DNA from: an uncultured Candidatus Saccharibacteria bacterium | Lineage (GTDB): Bacteria > Patescibacteriota > Minisyncoccia > UBA6257 > WO2-44-18 | Direction of reading: 5' to 3' | Length of the DNA stretch: 64,000 nt | NCBI GenBank assembly: GCA_964637575.1 | Contig: CAZWVU010000003.1 | Coordinates: forward strand, 1,586 to 65,585 | Shown here: piece by piece, positions 58,276 to 64,000 of the stretch | Position numbering within the stretch: position 1 is the first letter of the stretch | Layout of the letters: every line of letters starts with the position of its first letter | Translations under genes and position numbers: made by a program | The notes under the pieces: model-generated | Databases searched by the model: none | Told to the model about the DNA's origin: nothing | The model's input: the letters and a program-made list of their open reading frames with translations, nothing else

Positions 58276-59743
58276 CGCGCGTTTTTGGAGTGACCCAGAA
58301 TCCCAGTTTGAATTTTCCGCCGAGCAGGAGGCGCGTCTGCGCTTCGATGGCGGGCAAACAGCCGAAGAAAATCAGTGTAATGGGGGTGAGCAGCCATTGC
58401 GCCACATAGCCGAGATAGTGATACGGCCTGAACCAGTCCGGCTTTTTCGGCAGGAGCATGATGGAAAGGATCGCCGAAGTGGCGATGCCGATGCCGGAGA
58501 TGGTCATGATAGTCCGGGTGGTGCCGGGGAGGTTATAAGAGAGAAGTGTTTCCTTAAAGACTGGCCCGCCGATCAGGATCGGCAGCCAGCCGAGCGCGAA
58601 GATCAGTAATGAATCGGTCGCCCAGCTCCGGTAGCTTTCAATCTGCATGATTATCCAGAACAATTTTTGTTTGAGCGGAATCAGGGGATCGCGGCGGAAC
58701 CCGTTCAGCATATACGCGACATTTTCCGCGCCGTACGCCCAGCGGCGCTGTTGTTTATAAAGATTTTTAAAGGTGTGCCACAGGGACGGCGCCACGTTCG
58801 CGTCCATGGACACGGGGTAGGTAAGCGGCACCACCCGCCAGTCGCCATGATAATGAATCAGGCATTGCCAGAAGATGCGTGAGTCTTCCGAGACGACGTC
58901 CGTCTGCCAGTAGCCGATCTCCACCAGCGCCCGGAAGGGCATTGAATGGGATGAGAAGGTGACGAGCGCGTGCGACCGGGACTGCATGATCATCTGCCAG
59001 AACGTGGAGGAAAACGCGACGACGCGCCCGAGCATGGAAGTCTGGTAAATATTATTGGTGAAAAACGGGATCGGCTGGAAGCTGGAACGCTGGGGTTTTT
59101 CGCAGGTGAGGAAGTTCCAGGTAAGGCAGCCGAAATAGTCGGGAAAGACCTGGGTGTCGGCGTCGAAGACCGACACGAGAATATTCTCGTAGGGAATGCC
59201 GGCTTCGTCGATCAGATGCCTGGCCTGCTTTGCCGCCCAGGCGCTGTTGGATCCCTTGCCGGCGATCTCCCCGGCGATATTGTCGGGATGCCAGCTCACG
59301 AGGAATTTGAAGAATTCTTCGCCATACTCGCGCTGGATGCGGCTGACGGTGGCAATGGTTTCCGCGCGTTTCCGTTCCTCCGCGGCAAGCACGACGATCA
59401 TATTTTGTTTCGGGTAGCGGTTATGCTTCAGGTGCTCGAAGGTATCGCGCACCAGCTCATACGGTTCGTTGTACATCGGCAGGATGACAAGGTGATATAT
59501 TTCCTGCCAGCGGGTTCCCGAAAGCATCGCCATCCAATCCGTCTTCAGCTGGCGGCGCATATTCATGTAGCTGGCCCGGAGATGGAAAAGAAGATAAATC
59601 GTTTTGAGCAGCCAGTACACGTCAAACAGAATAATGAATACGGCGACGGCCGCCGGAAGTTTCCAGGAAAGGCCGATCACCGATAATAATATTGCCCAGG
59701 CAAGCATCCCGGGCAACATTTCGAAAATACGCGCGTGCTTCAC
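58241..59743 (-). CDS. GT2 family membrane glycosyltransferase
   Basis: LPMYNEP, FDAD, SED, QQRRW. Confidence 0.88.
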   Translation of the reverse strand: MKHARIFEMLPGMLAWAILLSVIGLSWKLPAAVAVFIILFDVYWLLKTIYLLFHLRASYMNMRRQLKTDWMAMLSGTRWQEIYHLVILPMYNEPYELVRDTFEHLKHNRYPKQNMIVVLAAEERKRAETIATVSRIQREYGEEFFKFLVSWHPDNIAGEIAGKGSNSAWAAKQARHLIDEAGIPYENILVSVFDADTQVFPDYFGCLTWNFLTCEKPQRSSFQPIPFFTNNIYQTSMLGRVVAFSSTFWQMIMQSRSHALVTFSSHSMPFRALVEIGYWQTDVVSEDSRIFWQCLIHYHGDWRVVPLTYPVSMDANVAPSLWHTFKNLYKQQRRWAYGAENVAYMLNGFRRDPLIPLKQKLFWIIMQIESYRSWATDSLLIFALGWLPILIGGPVFKETLLSYNLPGTTRTIMTISGIGIATSAILSIMLLPKKPDWFRPYHYLGYVAQWLLTPITLIFFGCLPAIEAQTRLLLGGKFKLGFWVTPKTRAIPGGSVSETR

Positions 59744-59752
59744 GCCACTATC

Positions 59753-60154
59753 TTAGAATATGCGGAGGTAGTTGTCTAACGAATATATGCCGCCGCCGTT
59801 GGTGGCAAAAAGGACCGCCACTGCCAGCAAAATAACATCAAGTTCGTAGCCGTCTTTCAATCCCATCCCTTTGCGGATTTTCCAGAGGGTTGCGACGCTC
59901 ATATCAATAACGAAAAGCCAGGACACATACGGCAGGGCGAATCCGACAAGGATTGCGCACGCCCCCGCGGTTTCAGTCAGGCCGAGAATGAGGGCCCAGA
60001 ACGAGCCGGGGCGGAATCCCTGCGCCGCCAGCCATTCACCGGTGCCTTTCAGGTTTTTAATTTTCGGCAGACCGTGGGCAAGGAAAATAGTCGTAAACAC
60101 CAGACGGAGAATAAGGAATCCCACACCGCTGATTATGGAAAGCATGTTCACCAT
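59753..60154 (-). CDS. DoxX family membrane protein
   Basis: LILR...FLAHGLPK...GYEL...GGGIYSLD. Confidence 0.88.
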   Translation of the reverse strand: MVNMLSIISGVGFLILRLVFTTIFLAHGLPKIKNLKGTGEWLAAQGFRPGSFWALILGLTETAGACAILVGFALPYVSWLFVIDMSVATLWKIRKGMGLKDGYELDVILLAVAVLFATNGGGIYSLDNYLRIF

Positions 60155-60172
60155 TACTATTATAGTAGCAAA

Positions 60173-60679
60173 TCAAAGAATGGTGCGCCTCACCGCGTAA
60201 TCGTCCAAAAATTTCTGAAGAGACCGCCGTTGCATATCGGTAAGGTGTATAGAAGGACGTTTTTCCTGCAGGAGGGCAATGGCGCGGTCGAGCTTCATTC
60301 TTTGCGCCACTGCCAGATAGGCTGCCACCAGCGTGGGCGCCCGGCCATGGCCGCGCAGACAATGCACATACACCTTCTCTTTGTTTTCGATGAGCTGATG
60401 CAGGAATTTAATGCCGGCGTCGAATTGTTTGAAGGACGGCGCGTCTTTGTCTTTTACCGGCAGCCAGAGATAGTACTCGGCGCCATAGGGTGCGTCAATG
60501 GTTTTTTCTTCGAGGGAAATATCGGCGCGAATTCCTTTTTTGATCAATTCTTTTACAAAATGAGCCTGGCAGCAGAGATTGCTGCCGACGTAAATCTGGT
60601 CAGTGATCTTGGAATATTCAAACAGCACTTTTTTCGGATGGTTCTTCCTGAAAAAATCGTCAGGTTGCCTGATTGTCAT
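60173..60679 (-). CDS. Dual-specificity protein phosphatase
   Basis: VYVHCLRGHGRA (HCxxGxxR). Confidence 0.9.
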   Translation of the reverse strand: MTIRQPDDFFRKNHPKKVLFEYSKITDQIYVGSNLCCQAHFVKELIKKGIRADISLEEKTIDAPYGAEYYLWLPVKDKDAPSFKQFDAGIKFLHQLIENKEKVYVHCLRGHGRAPTLVAAYLAVAQRMKLDRAIALLQEKRPSIHLTDMQRRSLQKFLDDYAVRRTIL

Positions 60680-60710
60680 AATTCTATTATACTATGTAGA
60701 ATCAAATTGA

Positions 60711-60782
60711 GGTCCTATCGTCTAGTGGCCAGGACGCGTCCCTTTCACGGACGAAACGCGGGTTCGATTCCCGCTAGGACTA
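60711..60782 (+). tRNA. tRNA-Glu(UUC)
   Basis: CGTCC-CTTTCAC-GGACG. Confidence 0.95.
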
Positions 60783-60785
60783 CTA

Positions 60786-60934
60786 CAAGCAAAAGCACCG
60801 GCATCCGCCGGTGCTTTTGCTTGCTGATGCTCGGCGGGAATCGAAGACCGCAGCGAAATTCGCCAGCGGGCGAATGAGCGAGGGGCGGGCTACAAGTCCG
60901 GCCACTGCGGCGGCCGGACTTGTAGCCGATTCCC
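60786..60934 (+). repeat. tRNA-Glu 3'-flanking structured element
   Basis: 17-bp hairpin, inverted T-arm copy 60834-60845, 16-bp hairpin, CGATTCCC at 60927-60934. Confidence 0.7.
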
Positions 60935-60975
60935 CAACCTTTATTTTTTAAGATAAAAGTGGTTTAGTATATGCA

Positions 60976-62007
60976 ATGAAAATTCTGGCGATTGAAACGT
61001 CCTGCGACGAGACATCCATCGCGTTGGTGAAAGGAAGCGGGGGATTGCGGAGTCCCCGTTTTACCGTTTTGAAAAATATCGTTTCGTCCCAGATTGAAAC
61101 GCACCGGCCGTTCGGCGGCGTGGTGCCGATGCTCGCCAAGCGGGAGCATCTTCACAATCTTCCGAAACTTTGGGAACAGCTCAAAAAAGAACACCCGAAG
61201 TTCGACGCAATCGCGGTCACAGTCGGCCCCGGACTTTCTCCGGCGCTTTGGGCCGGCATCGAGTTCGCGAAAGCGCTTGCGAAAGAATTGAAGAAGCCGC
61301 TGATCGGCGCCAATCACATGGAAGGACACCTCTACAGTAATTGGCTGCAGCCAATTACTGTAAATAAAAATTTAAAATTTAAAATTAAAAATTTTGGTAT
61401 CGCCTTTCCGGCGATAGCTTTAGTGGTAAGCGGCGGGCATACGATGGTACTCGCGCTGAAGTCTCCGACGAAATGGGAAAATCTCGGCGAGACGCGCGAT
61501 GACGCCGCCGGCGAAGCCTTCGATAAAGTGGCGCGTCTGCTTGAGCTGCCGTATCCCGGCGGTCCGGAGATCCAGAAAATTTCCCTGAAAGGAGATCCGA
61601 AGGCGATCGCCTTTCCGCGCCCGATGATGAAAGAAAAGAATTACGAATTCAGTTTTTCCGGAATCAAAACATCGGTCTTGTATTATCTGCGCGATAATCC
61701 GAAAGCGAAGAAGGCCGACGTTGCGGCGTCGTTCCAGCAGGCGGTGATTGACGTGCTTGCGGGCAAAACCATCCGCGCCGCGCGCGAATATGGCGCAAAA
61801 TCCGTCCTGCTCTCCGGCGGAGTATCGGCGAACCGGCTGCTCCGGGAAACGCTGGCCGCAGAATCGGAGCGGATAGGCGCGGAATTTTACGTGCCGGATT
61901 TTGCATTCAACACCGACAATGCGGCGATGATCGCCGCCGCGGCCTACATCCAAAAACTCCGCAAAAAGACACTCGCGCTGGAGGCCCAGCCCAACCTCAC
62001 CCTCTAA
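60976..62007 (+). CDS. tsaD: tRNA t6A threonylcarbamoyltransferase TsaD
   Basis: IETSCDET, GGVVP, HMEGH, VSGGHT, DDAAGEAFDK, TDNAAMI. Confidence 0.97.
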   Translation: MKILAIETSCDETSIALVKGSGGLRSPRFTVLKNIVSSQIETHRPFGGVVPMLAKREHLHNLPKLWEQLKKEHPKFDAIAVTVGPGLSPALWAGIEFAKALAKELKKPLIGANHMEGHLYSNWLQPITVNKNLKFKIKNFGIAFPAIALVVSGGHTMVLALKSPTKWENLGETRDDAAGEAFDKVARLLELPYPGGPEIQKISLKGDPKAIAFPRPMMKEKNYEFSFSGIKTSVLYYLRDNPKAKKADVAASFQQAVIDVLAGKTIRAAREYGAKSVLLSGGVSANRLLRETLAAESERIGAEFYVPDFAFNTDNAAMIAAAAYIQKLRKKTLALEAQPNLTL

Positions 62008-62395
62008 AGTAAGAGGGAGGCTTTCGGGATGTTCTTGAGGGAATATCTCGGAGCCGATTCGGCTTGGTGCTTGGCGAATCGGCGAGAGCTAAGTGGTGCC
62101 GTTGCGCCGCAGGAGCGCAACGGACACCCGGTTCCCGAGAGAATTTCCCGAAGGCCGGATGGGACTGTGGATAACTTTGCTTGCGTGGGCGAGGCGGGAT
62201 TGCAATAATGGTCTTAGCCCTTCGAAAGCCAAATAACAAACGTTCGCCCTCTAGGCGAGCATATATCGGACATACTACGTCCGAAACAGTTCTTTTCTTC
62301 CTAATTCACAAAAGGGTAATCTCACGATTACCCTTTCTTTTTTCTCCAACGGAAGACAACAAAAAAGCCCTCGCATCCTGCGAGGGCAAATTTTT

Positions 62396-62674
62396 TTAAA
62401 TGGGGGACTTCGGCGCCTGCATCCAGTTGCGGTTGAGAATTTCAACCCGCCGGATTTCGACGCTCTCGCCGGCCCTGATTACCTCGATGAATTTTCTTTC
62501 CTCGAGATTGTGCAGGGCCATCCTCACCTGGCTGTGAGTGAGATGAAAGCATTCCGAAATGATTCCCACCAGCTTCGGCGAATTCAGGTCGCCCCGGTAA
62601 TCCTGTTCGGTCCGCAGAAGATACCTGAACAACTCCTGCACTGTTGTCTTCTGCGCCGCCTGGCTGCCGTTCAT
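62396..62674 (-). CDS. Small winged-helix-like protein
   Basis: GGAGGAG RBS; LTHSQVRMALHNLEERKFIEV. Confidence 0.55.
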   Translation of the reverse strand: MNGSQAAQKTTVQELFRYLLRTEQDYRGDLNSPKLVGIISECFHLTHSQVRMALHNLEERKFIEVIRAGESVEIRRVEILNRNWMQAPKSPI

Positions 62675-62821
62675 ACGTCTCCTCCTCCGAATGTGAAGAA
62701 CAAAACCAACCACCGGTTTATCCTAAAACAACGCTTTCCAAAAATCAATATTTTGGCTACACTGGCGGCAGAACGTTAAAAGGAGACCGTCCTAGAGATT
62801 TGTGTGGAAAGGAGAAGACTA

Positions 62822-64000
62822 GTGTTCGATGAGAAGATCGTGCAGCTTCGGGGATACGCCGGACAGGCGGGCATTTCGGATCGGGTGATGGAAGATTTAA
62901 GCACGCCTAAGGCGCGCCACGAAATGAAGATCCGCGCCCGGGTGAACGGCGCCCAGAAAAACTTTCAGCTGATGCTGGCGTTTCACTGCAATCCGCATTC
63001 CACCGGAGCCCGGCCTTACAAAGGTGGATTCCGTTTCCATCCGGCTGTGTCGATGGATCTGCTCTCGGCGCTCGCGCTCGACATGACGGAAAAGTGCGCG
63101 CTTGCCAAACTTCCCTTCGGTGGCGCCAAGGCGGGGATCGTGATCGATCCGGCCCAGCACACCCAGGAAACGCTCCGGCAGGTTACCGAGCAGGCGACCG
63201 AGCAGCTGCTCCGCAACAATTTGATTCATCCCGACGTGTACGTGCCGGGTCCGGACGTGGGCACCAATTCCAGCACCATGTTCTGGATGTACAACAAAGT
63301 GGCGGAGTGGAACGTGCTTTCCCGGATGCCGAACGTTCCCGCCGTGGTGACCGGCAAGCCGCTGGAGTATGACGGCTGTCCGGGACGTGAAGACGCGACC
63401 TCGCGCGGCCTGCTGATCCTTCTCAGAAAATATCTGGAGCTCACGGGCCGCAGCGACCGGAGTGTCGCCATTCAGGGATTCGGCAATGTCGGCATGAATC
63501 TCGCGAAGCTTATTCATGAAGAGTTCACGTTCCTCCGGGTGGCCGCGGTCAGTGATGTCTCCGGGGGGATTTACGACGAAGGCGCGGACTTCAGTATGAA
63601 GGACGTGCTTGAGTACTACCGCGAACATAAAACGTTCGCCGGCTACCGGAATGACCGCTACCGGCTTCGGAATCCAGGCGATGTTCTGTATGCGAATGCC
63701 GACATCCTCATTCCGGCGGCGGTGGAAAATCAGATTACCGAGCAGAATGCCGATCGGATCAACGCGAAACTGATCGTGGAAGCCGGCAACGAAACCACTA
63801 CCACCGGGGCACAGGCGATCCTGGAAGATCGCGGCCTCACTTTCATTCCCGGCATCGCGGCGAATGTCGGTGGCGTGACGGTTTCGTATCTGGAGTGGAG
63901 CCGCAACCGCGGCCCGCGGCGCCATGACGTGAATCTTGAAGAAGATCTGCGCCAGGTGCATCGCCAGCTCGACCAGATCATGACCGGCATTATCGAGGAA
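62822..64000 (+). CDS. Glu/Leu/Phe/Val dehydrogenase (runs off the window end)
   Basis: AAAGGAG RBS with GTG start; KGGFRFHP, PFGGAKAG, PGPDVGT, VTGKP, IQGFGNVG, ANVGGVTVSYLEW. Confidence 0.92.
   Translation, partial: MFDEKIVQLRGYAGQAGISDRVMEDLSTPKARHEMKIRARVNGAQKNFQLMLAFHCNPHSTGARPYKGGFRFHPAVSMDLLSALALDMTEKCALAKLPFGGAKAGIVIDPAQHTQETLRQVTEQATEQLLRNNLIHPDVYVPGPDVGTNSSTMFWMYNKVAEWNVLSRMPNVPAVVTGKPLEYDGCPGREDATSRGLLILLRKYLELTGRSDRSVAIQGFGNVGMNLAKLIHEEFTFLRVAAVSDVSGGIYDEGADFSMKDVLEYYREHKTFAGYRNDRYRLRNPGDVLYANADILIPAAVENQITEQNADRINAKLIVEAGNETTTTGAQAILEDRGLTFIPGIAANVGGVTVSYLEWSRNRGPRRHDVNLEEDLRQVHRQLDQIMTGIIEE

Overview
Gene-dense, moderately GC-rich bacterial chromosome segment read in the standard genetic code. 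By inference it is Patescibacteria/CPR (Parcubacteria-like): trigger factor lacks its PPIase domain, IleRS carries a histidine-phosphatase insert, the Clp ATPase is membrane-anchored, and most tRNAs lack an encoded CCA. Housekeeping genes include infC-rpmI-rplT, smpB/tmRNA, argS, ileS, trpS, tyrS, rnj, nusA, tig-clpP, ftsH, recG, tsaD, tpiA, hppA, deoC plus an ALDH, and six tRNAs. The standout is a complete diversity-generating retroelement (DGR) at 0.6-3.2 kb: target gene with VR 1179-1309, a hairpin, TR 1564-1694 (20 mismatches to VR, all at TR adenines), an Avd-like gene on the opposite strand, and an RT. The avd 5' end is separated from any usable start codon by a (GA)n repeat, which could be a phase-variation switch. 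The window also holds several families of small structured repeats: inverted and direct T-arm copies after two tRNAs, a hairpin MITE-like family, 30-nt double-hairpin inserts in two aaRS genes, and 7-mer AT-rich arrays inside essential genes. It also has a tRNA with anticodon UAU and two unexplained structured intergenic regions. All calls come from reading the sequence by eye; no database searches were run.
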